Source: a virus (taxonomy: Duplodnaviria; Caudoviricetes). From it: a stretch of 58,226 nucleotides of DNA. A model generated the notes under the pieces. That model saw only the letters and a program-made list of their open reading frames with translations, had not been told where the DNA came from and made no database searches. A program made the translations under genes and the position numbers. The stretch covers positions 1 through 58,226 of IMG/VR virus record IMGVR_UViG_3300020044_007646, one strand, 5' to 3'. The stretch's first letter is position 1. Each line of letters opens with the position of its first letter. Positions 26,906-37,200 of this stretch are shown piece after piece.

Positions 26906-29900
26906 TGGCAACAAAGCAATTTTCTAATACGCAACAACCATTCCAGCTGGGAGACAGGGCGTTTATTGGTATTGACACGTATACAGCTGCTAACAGACTT
27001 CCCGATGGTTATTTTCAAACCCTTGACAACATATTGGTTTACGGAAACTCATTACAACCGCGCAATGGTTGGTCTACATGTTGGCACTCGTCAACGCCTC
27101 CGTATAATGCAACAACAAGTAATCCAATATATGAATTGACCACCATTAAAGACAAGGGAAGTAAAAGTAAAGTTGTTTTTGCATCTGGGCAAAACGTGTA
27201 TTCTTACGACACTAACACTTATGGTTTACCAAATAGTAGTTTTAGTCCTGTAATAGATAGAGCAACTGGAACAACATTAATTACTGCTAATAGTGCTAAT
27301 GTGCGAATGACGCCATATGGACGATATGTTTATGGCGTAGACGGTGTCAATAATCCATTTAGAGTTAGAATGAATGGGCAAATAGTTGAGGCCGATAAAT
27401 TACCGACATTAACGGACTGTACAAAATTCACACCAAAAGCTACAGCATCAACTATTAATGTAATGCCGGGTGATCAGATTAGTAGTACAAATGCTGCTCC
27501 TATTAATTTAGCCGGATTTAGTTCTGCTCCATCAACGTTAGCAAATTTAATAACAAACGGAGATTTTGCAACTGCTACAGCTACTGGATTTAGTCAGTGG
27601 AATTACAACACTGGTGATGCGCAAAGAGTAGATAGTGTTGTTTATACAGTTGGAGGATTAACGTTTAATGTATTTGCTCCAAAAACATCTGCCGTGGCTA
27701 CTCCTACTGTTAAAAACTCAAGTAAATACATTTTAACCAGAGATGGCCAAGTTGGTAACTGTATAAAAATTGATCACATACAAGATTTTTTGTATCAAGA
27801 CATTGATGTCAGGCAGGTGCTAGTAACTTACGATGAGCAACCGATTTATTTTACGGCTAATGGATCTAGTTCTACTATTACAACATCCGTTAATCATGGT
27901 CTTGCCATTGGACAATCATTAAAATTTACAACAACAAATGGAGGTGTGTCTAATACATCAATTTATTATGTTAAATCAGTCCCGTCTTCAAATAGTTTAA
28001 CTGTAACTACTAGCTCTATTGTTTCCAGTGGATCTGTTGTTCTATTTGGATCAAATGTTTTACTTGGCGACAATACAATTCTCATCCAACATAACGCAGG
28101 TACATACGTATTAACGTTTTATGTATACAACCAAGATGATTTAAACAACTTTGTAAGTAATAACACACTAGATGTTTTTGTGCGCGGTTATCAAAATACA
28201 GCATCTACAGCATTTAGTACAGCCGACCAAATTGCTGGAGCTGAGGTTTATTACAGTGCACAACCAGCTGCTGGAACTGCTCCTAGTGATTGGCACAAAT
28301 TTCAAGTGCTTGTAGATTTTAGGGAATTTGATAAACAGCTAACTGGGATTCAAGTGCGCATTGCGTCGGCGTTTGATCGCGGTGGCGATAGCTTTGTGTT
28401 TTTAGATGACGTAAGTTTATATGCCGTCAACGCACAACTTCAAATTGCAACAATTCAAGATGACAGCAAAAAGTTACTGAAACTAAATGCTAGGCAGTCT
28501 AACACAACATTTATTTCTACAACGTTGCCAACGGATCCGTTTGCTAATCTGATCGCTAATGAATACATAAAAATAAACTTAAGTTCGCCAACTGCTTTTA
28601 CGACCGGTGTCGGCACCACTGTGACAACAACTGCAAACCATAATTTTAAAACTGGCGATATTGTAATGTTCTCAACTACTACTGGTGGCACCAGTACTTC
28701 AATACCGTATTACGTAAATTCAGTACCAACAAGTACTACGTTTACTATTACAGCAGACAGCACTTTGACTGGCGCAACGTTTTCATTTTCGTCGGCTGTT
28801 AGTTCTGGTGCAAACTATTACACTCAAAAATTTGACCTAAGAACTACTCAGTCATTAAGTGTTAGAGCTTTCTTTTCGGAAAAAATCAATCAAGATGTTC
28901 CAGCATTTAGCTTGGGGATACGAACGCCTGCAACAACTGAATTTACTGGTCAGTGCAAATACGACAAAACATTAAATTACTTGTCGTTCGATTTATATCC
29001 AATATCTGCTGCCACACGCGCATTAGTGTCTACTATCATTTTAAAATTTGATTACGATGTACTATCTGTCTATGACAACGAATGGGTAATTAGCATAGGT
29101 GAAGTTGTCCGTCAGGGAGCATTAACACCACAGACAAAATATTCGTATTCATTTACTTTGTGGACGCCTTATACCGCACCAGTCAATGGAAGTTCTCCGT
29201 ATTGGGGTAATCAAACATTTAGCACTGCATCTGGTTCACCAACAACAACATTATTAACATCTGGATATCACAAGCTTGGTGTTAATAAACCGATTGTATT
29301 TACAACGGCAATAGCCTCAACACCCGCAATTGTTGCAGGTACAACTTATTACGTCAATGATGTTTTAAGTTACACGTCATTTAATGTTTCAACAGCGCCT
29401 TATGGATCCGGAACAACTATAACTTTTCCTGCTGGCATATCTTCTGGAACGTATAACTTTACAGCCACTCCTGACCTGCCAAGTACTGACGGGTTTGAAA
29501 CAAATGCAAGTACTTTTACGGCTGAAGTTGTTGTTACAGAAGCTGTAAACAAAGTGTCTGTAGAACTTGCAACTGTTGACCTACAAGTTGGTTCTGGCCA
29601 CTATTACAAATACGCATGCGTGTACAGAAAAAATCTTTTAACCGGAGATAATGTTGGTCGGTTAATAGGAATTGTTGATCTTGATACAGGAAAAGCATAC
29701 GTAGACGGAAACAAATGGGAAGGTTTTACATCTAGTAAAACAGGCACAACTGTTACTATTATTGATCAAGTGCCTGATTCTCAAATGTTTTTTGATAACG
29801 GTCCGGGTACTAGGGGATACAGGTATAGATTTGGAAAAGACCAGTTTCCGTCGGGTGGTGACTGTGTAGCAGTTTTCAATCAACGCTTGTTTATATCTAA

Positions 29901-31062
29901 AAAGAATACTATTTACGCCAGTTGGTTATTAAACACAAATAACGAGTACGGTATTTACACAACTGTATTCTCAGATGTGACAGACCCTGAAGTTGCAATT
30001 AAAGGTGCGCAATTTTCCGTTAGTAATCAAACAGACGAAGAGCAGATTATGGGCATGGTTACAATTCAAGGCGATGGATTAATGCGTGACAACAGTACAT
30101 CCGCAGCCCTTGTAATTATGCGAGAACATACTACTTATCTCCTTACGGGAGATAGTCCACATAACTTTGCTAATCAAGGCTTTTTACAAGGTTCTGGTTC
30201 GGGATTAGTTGCAAAACGCGGTTGTGCAGTTTTGATGGGGCGATTAATTTTAACTACGGCTAATGGAGTCATGGAATTACAAAACACAATTTTAATTCCA
30301 CGTGGACAACAATTAGAAGGTGTTTTAAATATACGATCGCAAGATTATATTAACGGCAGTTACAACTACGTATCAGCATCTGCTTATGCTAACTGTGTTA
30401 TGTGTGTACATGACAGACGTTTATTACTGCTTGCTCCAGAAGCCACAGCAAACGGAACTACTCCGAGTGCTGGTAATCCATACATTTACATTTACGACAC
30501 TAGGACAGAATCATTTGACCCAAGGACAGCAACGCAGGTCAAAACAGGCGGCTGGGTTAGATGGTTAAACCCCGCAAGGTTTACATCTATTATCGCGGTT
30601 GAAACAAGTGATGACACTCAGGATTTATATGCTGGTGGAGCTGATGGAAAGCTGTATAAGCTAGATAGATTTGCCGATGGAGTATATGCAGACGCTGCTG
30701 CAAATAGAACGTATACCGGAATAGATTGGACTATTAAAACAAGGAAATACGGACAGGCTTTTTCAGAAAGCAACATTTATTACAGTGCGAATAAAATACA
30801 CGCTTTGAATTTACACTTTCAGAATTTACAAACAGATACACCCGTATACTCAAACTGGGTAATTACTGGTCAAAAAGGATATGCAACAGCAGGTACGTTC
30901 AGATTTCCGAACAATTCTGACAAAGTAATATCTATCAGAAGTATAAGCAGAACTGCAGATCAACAGACGTTTGATATAAAATTGTCAGCAACAACTACGA
31001 CTAAATGGAAGATGTTTGCAATACATGCAATAACTACTGAAGGAAATACACCGAGAAGCTAA
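26905..31062 (+). CDS. Tail nozzle / tubular protein B-like, with inserted CBM-like and beta-domains
   Basis: FIGID...LDN...LQPRNG N-terminus, FNQRLF, IYIYD, W.RW, LYAG..DGKLY propeller-like blades; precedes ejection genes. Confidence 0.7.
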   Translation: MATKQFSNTQQPFQLGDRAFIGIDTYTAANRLPDGYFQTLDNILVYGNSLQPRNGWSTCWHSSTPPYNATTSNPIYELTTIKDKGSKSKVVFASGQNVYSYDTNTYGLPNSSFSPVIDRATGTTLITANSANVRMTPYGRYVYGVDGVNNPFRVRMNGQIVEADKLPTLTDCTKFTPKATASTINVMPGDQISSTNAAPINLAGFSSAPSTLANLITNGDFATATATGFSQWNYNTGDAQRVDSVVYTVGGLTFNVFAPKTSAVATPTVKNSSKYILTRDGQVGNCIKIDHIQDFLYQDIDVRQVLVTYDEQPIYFTANGSSSTITTSVNHGLAIGQSLKFTTTNGGVSNTSIYYVKSVPSSNSLTVTTSSIVSSGSVVLFGSNVLLGDNTILIQHNAGTYVLTFYVYNQDDLNNFVSNNTLDVFVRGYQNTASTAFSTADQIAGAEVYYSAQPAAGTAPSDWHKFQVLVDFREFDKQLTGIQVRIASAFDRGGDSFVFLDDVSLYAVNAQLQIATIQDDSKKLLKLNARQSNTTFISTTLPTDPFANLIANEYIKINLSSPTAFTTGVGTTVTTTANHNFKTGDIVMFSTTTGGTSTSIPYYVNSVPTSTTFTITADSTLTGATFSFSSAVSSGANYYTQKFDLRTTQSLSVRAFFSEKINQDVPAFSLGIRTPATTEFTGQCKYDKTLNYLSFDLYPISAATRALVSTIILKFDYDVLSVYDNEWVISIGEVVRQGALTPQTKYSYSFTLWTPYTAPVNGSSPYWGNQTFSTASGSPTTTLLTSGYHKLGVNKPIVFTTAIASTPAIVAGTTYYVNDVLSYTSFNVSTAPYGSGTTITFPAGISSGTYNFTATPDLPSTDGFETNASTFTAEVVVTEAVNKVSVELATVDLQVGSGHYYKYACVYRKNLLTGDNVGRLIGIVDLDTGKAYVDGNKWEGFTSSKTGTTVTIIDQVPDSQMFFDNGPGTRGYRYRFGKDQFPSGGDCVAVFNQRLFISKKNTIYASWLLNTNNEYGIYTTVFSDVTDPEVAIKGAQFSVSNQTDEEQIMGMVTIQGDGLMRDNSTSAALVIMREHTTYLLTGDSPHNFANQGFLQGSGSGLVAKRGCAVLMGRLILTTANGVMELQNTILIPRGQQLEGVLNIRSQDYINGSYNYVSASAYANCVMCVHDRRLLLLAPEATANGTTPSAGNPYIYIYDTRTESFDPRTATQVKTGGWVRWLNPARFTSIIAVETSDDTQDLYAGGADGKLYKLDRFADGVYADAAANRTYTGIDWTIKTRKYGQAFSESNIYYSANKIHALNLHFQNLQTDTPVYSNWVITGQKGYATAGTFRFPNNSDKVISIRSISRTADQQTFDIKLSATTTTKWKMFAIHAITTEGNTPRS

Positions 31063-31518
31063 ATGGCAATACCATCAACTCCAGTCACTATATATCCAAG
31101 GCGTGATAATCCATCAACTAGGCTTGGTCCGGGAAAGTCTGCAGTTGTATTACAGTCGGACAACTATGCTGGATTGCCAGTTGTTCCGTATTCTCCATCC
31201 GCTTGTCAGATAGAATATGCTGATGGAACAAGAGATGTAACATTTGCCCCGTCCATAACTTTATGTGATGCTACGGCAGCGTCATTTACGCTTACATTGC
31301 CATCTTCTGCTGGATATGTTGGTAGGTCTATACGGTTTATTAAAATGGATGCGACGGCTTTTACTGTTTCATTTGCTGTAATGACTGGCGATACATTATG
31401 GGTTAACGCTGGATTTGCCAGTTTGTCAAAGCAGTATGAATGTATAGAGTTTTTAGCAGTTAATGATTCATCTAATGCGTTTGGGTGGATTGCGTTATTA
31501 AATAAGGTAGCAGTATAA
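31063..31518 (+). CDS. Small tail fibre-like protein
   Basis: LCDATAASFTLTLP....GR.I.FIKMD...L..QYE...W pattern typical of fibre domains. Confidence 0.6.
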   Translation: MAIPSTPVTIYPRRDNPSTRLGPGKSAVVLQSDNYAGLPVVPYSPSACQIEYADGTRDVTFAPSITLCDATAASFTLTLPSSAGYVGRSIRFIKMDATAFTVSFAVMTGDTLWVNAGFASLSKQYECIEFLAVNDSSNAFGWIALLNKVAV

Positions 31519-31528
31519 GGAGGCAATT

Positions 31529-32326
31529 ATGATTGACCCATTTGTAGGTGGAATTTTAACACAAGCATTAAATCCGTGGATCAAAAAGATGACGGATCCG
31601 CAAGCCAGCCAAATGATGAATTATCAGAAGCGGGCTATGGCTGCAAAGCAAAGCTACATACCTTATTACAACCAGATGATGAATACTGGTAAATCACAGC
31701 AGAACATGTATTTACCTCAAGCCAATAAGATGGCATCAATGGGTATTGAGAGTGCACTAAAGCCGCTTTCTGACACAGACTTATTTAAGGGTACTACTGC
31801 TGCAAATGCGGCTGTTCAAAGACAGGGCGACACAGTTAGAAGTAATATGGCTACCGGATCTGCATCTCGCGGACTGTATGGCCCATCTGGATACGGACTA
31901 GGAGTAGGCGTTAATCCAAACGCAGCAATTGATTCACAGATTGCAGGAAACCTAGCACAATTCTCAAGTAACTGGGAAACGACTAAGGGTGATCGATTTA
32001 ATGCTGCTGCAGACAGAGCCATGGGTTTAGCGCAAGCTGGAACAAACATGGCAAATACAGGAGCACAAGGTGCTGTTGGACTATGGGGTCAGTTTGGACA
32101 GGACGCACAAAACATTGGCGCACAGGAGCTTCAAGCTAGGCAGTTAGCAGATCAGCAAGCAAGTGGAATGATGGGCATGCTTAGCAGTTACTGGACAGGA
32201 ATGGAGCAACGTCAGCAAGCTGCTAATAATTTACGTCAACAGCAGGATCAAACAAATAGAATTTTGTCGATGATGGCTGCAAATGCTGTTAAAGACAAAG
32301 AAATATACGGACCAAAGCAAGGATAA
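31529..32326 (+). CDS. Putative ejection/DNA pilot protein 1
   Basis: A/G/Q/M-rich and helical; first gene after tail genes; AAGGAGG SD. Confidence 0.6.
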   Translation: MIDPFVGGILTQALNPWIKKMTDPQASQMMNYQKRAMAAKQSYIPYYNQMMNTGKSQQNMYLPQANKMASMGIESALKPLSDTDLFKGTTAANAAVQRQGDTVRSNMATGSASRGLYGPSGYGLGVGVNPNAAIDSQIAGNLAQFSSNWETTKGDRFNAAADRAMGLAQAGTNMANTGAQGAVGLWGQFGQDAQNIGAQELQARQLADQQASGMMGMLSSYWTGMEQRQQAANNLRQQQDQTNRILSMMAANAVKDKEIYGPKQG

Positions 32327-32332
32327 TACATT

Positions 32333-34210
32333 ATGGCTTTTAGTACAGCTGGATTTATGGGTGGTCTAGCACAACTCATACAAGGTAAAAATCAAAATGC
32401 TTTATCCAATCAACAAGCAAAAGAAAAACTTGATGAGAGACGATTGCAACTTGGTATGCAAGCCGATCAATTTCGCAAGCAACAAATTGAAGAGGAGAGA
32501 GCCAGATTAACTTTTGCTGAGCAACAACAAGATTGGTTACATAGAGCCAAATTACGTCCATTTGAAATAACTGCTGCTGAAACTACTAGAGACTCAGGCA
32601 AAGAAACTCTTGCTGGTCAAAGAACACAAAATGCTATCTTGTCAAACAATCTTTTTGATTTAACTAATCAGCGAAAAGGGCGTCAAAGCCTGTTTGACTT
32701 AAGTGTTGAAACGCCAAGAATGCAAACAAAGGCTAAGTTGACTAGTGACTTAGGGGCATTGGACGCAACAATTAACGCACAGCAAGCAATTGCAAATGAC
32801 GTTACAAAGTCTATGCCTGAAAGAATTGCTGCACAGGCTGCTATTAAATCTGCGACAAACATGAAGTATGCCACATTTAACAACGCAAAAGGCACTGTTG
32901 GTATTGTCCCTAATTTAACGTATGCAGATATTGCGGATGCTGCTGGTATTAGGCAACCTGATTCATTAAAACCAATAGACTGGAATACGTACACGGGATG
33001 GGAAAGTCATTTTCCTCAATACTCACCTACTGAATTACGAAATGTATTAGGTGTTTCACCTGAAGGTAAAAAATCCGTTGAAAATCTTGATGCGCAAATT
33101 GGTCGCATGTTTGATTCTACAAAGCATATAACTCAGCCAGCTAAATTTTTTGATGTCACAAAAACAAAAGGGCCAGACGGTAAAGATTTTTACGCATTAA
33201 ATGCAAATACTCCAAAATTTGAGTTCAATAAGGGTGCATTGGCATCAGAGTATTTTAAATCACCAGCGTTTACTCAGTGGTTAAAAACAGAGGCAGCTGC
33301 GAACAGAACAACGGAAGCAAATGTCGTTCAACAATTAATTGGCGTTGCATTAACGCCAACCACTTATGATTTGAACGGCAAGGTTATTAAAACTGGAGAT
33401 GTTGACAAAGCTGGCAATGTTATTATGTCTCCGCAGTTATCTGAGCGCATTGCAGCAAATTACAGTACAAGAATTGCAACACCTGACAAATTAGACGAAA
33501 CGATTGCTAAAATTGCTGGCGTATACAGCGACAGTCAAAGAAATGCAATTACATTCTGGAATGCGCAGTTGCAATCTGGTGACGTTAAAAGAACCGCTGA
33601 TGCGGCTAAATTAACGGCAAGTTTATCTGCGCAAAGCGAAGTGTTTAAATCTTCCAACGATTCATATATGAAAAATATGAATGCTGTAGATGCTGAATTA
33701 GCACAACTAGGACGAACGCTAGGAGCGTTAACAACATCTGGAGTTTCGGGCGCAGCTTTAATTTTTGATGAAGAATTTAAAAAGAATTCAACACCAGAAA
33801 AACAGCGAATGATTCAAACGGCTAGAGAGCTATATAGGAAAAAAGCTCTTGCAACAGTGTATGAAACAGTTGCAAGAAATGCTTATGGAGAACAACTTAA
33901 AGATGGCAATCTTGGCGACGTTGGTCAATATGCTAGAGGAGTAGGTGTTGCTAGTGCTATTTTAAATTCGCCATACCGTGATTACACCAAAGCAGAGAAA
34001 GACATGTTTAACGCACTTGGTATACCAATTCCGGGTCTTGCAAAACCGGTTACGCAACCACCTAATAATAATGGAGGAGCCGGTCAGGGCGCAGCTAAAC
34101 CACAAGGCGGAGCGGTTGGTGGCAATCAAAAGAATAATGGTTTTAACTTACCGCCAGATACACGTTTAGGCGCATTTCGTACAGGGCCTATAGATGGTCG
34201 TCAGCGTTAA
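32333..34210 (+). CDS. Putative ejection protein 2
   Basis: GFMGGLAQ N-terminus followed by Q/E/R coiled coil; position. Confidence 0.55.
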   Translation: MAFSTAGFMGGLAQLIQGKNQNALSNQQAKEKLDERRLQLGMQADQFRKQQIEEERARLTFAEQQQDWLHRAKLRPFEITAAETTRDSGKETLAGQRTQNAILSNNLFDLTNQRKGRQSLFDLSVETPRMQTKAKLTSDLGALDATINAQQAIANDVTKSMPERIAAQAAIKSATNMKYATFNNAKGTVGIVPNLTYADIADAAGIRQPDSLKPIDWNTYTGWESHFPQYSPTELRNVLGVSPEGKKSVENLDAQIGRMFDSTKHITQPAKFFDVTKTKGPDGKDFYALNANTPKFEFNKGALASEYFKSPAFTQWLKTEAAANRTTEANVVQQLIGVALTPTTYDLNGKVIKTGDVDKAGNVIMSPQLSERIAANYSTRIATPDKLDETIAKIAGVYSDSQRNAITFWNAQLQSGDVKRTADAAKLTASLSAQSEVFKSSNDSYMKNMNAVDAELAQLGRTLGALTTSGVSGAALIFDEEFKKNSTPEKQRMIQTARELYRKKALATVYETVARNAYGEQLKDGNLGDVGQYARGVGVASAILNSPYRDYTKAEKDMFNALGIPIPGLAKPVTQPPNNNGGAGQGAAKPQGGAVGGNQKNNGFNLPPDTRLGAFRTGPIDGRQR

Positions 34211-34224
34211 TCAAAGGAATAATT

Positions 34225-37200
34225 ATGCAGACTCGACAACAACTGGAAGCAAAGCGTAAAAAAGAAGAAGCTGACGCATTAGCACGGCAAAAGGCATTAG
34301 CACCACGGTTGCAAGCCGCTAGATCAGGAATGCCTGAATCAAAAGCACCTATTGCTGAGTTACAAAAAGCATCTGGCAAACCTCAAAAAACGCTTTCTTC
34401 CCCACTTGTTGCTACGCCCGACGGTAAAGTACGACGTGGAACACCAGAAGAATTTAAAAACATTCACATTAAAGAATGGGGCGCAAAATTAAAAGCTGGT
34501 GACCCAACTGTATTATCATCTGCTAATGAATGGTTGTTACAAGAAGCACATAAAGAAAAGGCTATTGACGATAAAACCTACAACTCTTTTCAAGAGAGTT
34601 TTAGGAAAATGCGAGTTGATTTAAACAAAACGTTTATTGGTGGGCAAGTAGATGGAAAAACTGTTCCACTTCAGTGGCCAAGAACTGTATTTGACAAAAC
34701 AACAAAACAATACGTACAAGAAAAACGACCTGTAACCTTAGCTGATTTAATTGTACGCAAAGGTAATAGTTGGGCGTTTATTCAACCTCAAACAACTGGT
34801 GAACTAGAGACAATATTAAAAGCGAAATACGGAAAACGGGACGCTGTACTTGGTCAAACTCAGGCAGAAGTAGACGAATACAACAGGCCATACACTCCTG
34901 CTGAACAAGCTAATTCATATCTTGGAACTGCATTAGGTGGCACAGTAGGTTTACTTGCTCCAATAACTGATCAATATGGACGGCTTGAAGACTGGGGGCG
35001 CAAAAAACTGGGTGAAGCGCCATACAAAAACCCAATTATTGCTGATGACCCATCATTAACTGGTCGAAGTTTTGCCAGTAAATTTGAGGCAGCAAGGCAA
35101 GGTACTGGCGCTGGTGTTAAATCATTTTTTGCAACACCTGCTAACTGGGCACAAAATTACGATATTGAGTTACGAGCCAAAAACGCTGTACGTGAGTTAG
35201 GTATTACAGATCCTGTAAAAGCACGTGAGGAACAGGCGAAGCAAGAGGAATACCTCCGTGAAAGCATTAGGGATTTAGCTCCCGGCTCAAATCTTTTAAT
35301 GAGTGATTGGCTTGATAAAACATGGAATAGATTCCCCGAAAGCGACGCATACAACTACGGAATGATCGCTGGTGAAAACATTCCTGTTGCAGTTACAGGA
35401 TTACGTGCAAGTATAGGATTAATGAATGCCACTAGTACTCTTGGTGCTAGAGCATTTGCGCCATTAGGCATGGCATCCACTGGCCGTACGGTAGGTTTAG
35501 TTACATCAGTTGCTGCTCCTGTAGGCATACGTGCGTTTAGAGATCAACTTAGCAAACCTAGTGACGTATTAAAGTCTATTGAAAAAACTGGCGATGTAAC
35601 ACCGTCTGAAAAAATTGTACGTGGGCTTGAAACTTTATTTGACCCAGTAGGATCGATTTATCAAGCAGGTATGTCTCCCGGTAAAGAGGAAGCTTTATCA
35701 CGTAGCGACCCAAGTGGTGCTGTGCGTGGTTTTGTGTCTACTGCAACAACATTAGGATTGATGGCTCCGGGTGCTCCTAATTTATGGAACGACGTAAAGT
35801 CTCAGGCTAAAGAAGCAGTCAAGATGTATAACCGCTCTACTGCATTTAAGGAAGCGGCTGGCGTTGAGTCTTCTGTGCTTAATAGCGCTGCAAGATTTAC
35901 TAATTCATTTGCTCGCGTAGGCCAAAATGAAGTTGGCAAGCGAGTTGCTATGGATTTAGGTTTTGGGGCCACGCAACCATTAGGCGTATTAGGCGAGGCT
36001 GCATACGCACATTTTTCTGAGCGTAAGCCAAATGAAAAACCACATTATCCAACTGCAATAGATTATGGGCTTGCTGTCCTTCATGGTTTAGTTGCATCTC
36101 GTCCGGGTAAATTTGCTCATTCATTAATTAACGTTAACCCATTGGGCGCAATGGAGCCTCAAGCATTAGCTATGGATTCGGCGGTTAGGATAGTCAATCA
36201 TCCTGATCGGCGTGTACAGATATTGCATCAATGGTTATCTGAAACATATGGTCGCAAGTTTAACGATTACGACGTTCGTCTTCTTGCATCGCAAATGTCT
36301 ACGGATAACTTAGAAAATATTCAGAGACGACTTGCACACGTAGGCGGGACGCCGGATCCAGCTTTTAAAAATCCAATTCACTATGTACGAGAGTTTATTA
36401 ATAACCCTGATTCATTCTCCGATGCTACAAAGCAAAAGTACACTGACCTTATCCAAAATATGCGTGGTGAAAGGGATAAAGTTGACCATGAGCCAGATAG
36501 TCCTTTAGCTAAAGTAAAAATACACGATGACTTAAATCCAGCAACTCGTGGCATTCGCATACAGGAGTTAACATCACGTTTCTTAAATGACATAAATGCA
36601 CAGGCTGAGGCAGCTAAACTTGCTTCAAAAGCTAAACCTTCAGACAAAGAACCTGTTGAAAATCAACAGTACTACGGTTTACGTATGTCTGATGGCAGAT
36701 TGATGGTATTTAATAAAGCCTTTTCATCGGCTCGCATTATTGAGTCAGGTAATGAAGCAGACATTACAATGCTTTCGCCAGATTCAGTACGTGAGTTAGC
36801 AGCTGTAGACCCAAAGGTAGATTCCTTAATCAGCCTTGTAGAAAACTCAGAACACATTCAAAATATTATTCAGTCTTTAATGGACTCAACGTTTATTAAA
36901 GATGGAAAAATTCATAAGTTTTTTGGTTTAGATAAAAATGGTAATGCCATATTTGCACTAGATGATGGCACACATAAAACTGTCAATAAGAATATTATTG
37001 GCTCTTATGTAGGAGACGCGGAATTTACCGATGTTGATGCTAAAGACGGTTTTGTGCCTGCATTAAAATATTTAACAGAACAATCTGGCATGTCTGCTGA
37101 GGGTGATGCTGCTGCGTTCCGCAAAAGCCCAGTTAACCCGTTGTATCCACACACTCATGAGGTTGCTAAATCAGACGCAGAAAATGATACATACGGATTA

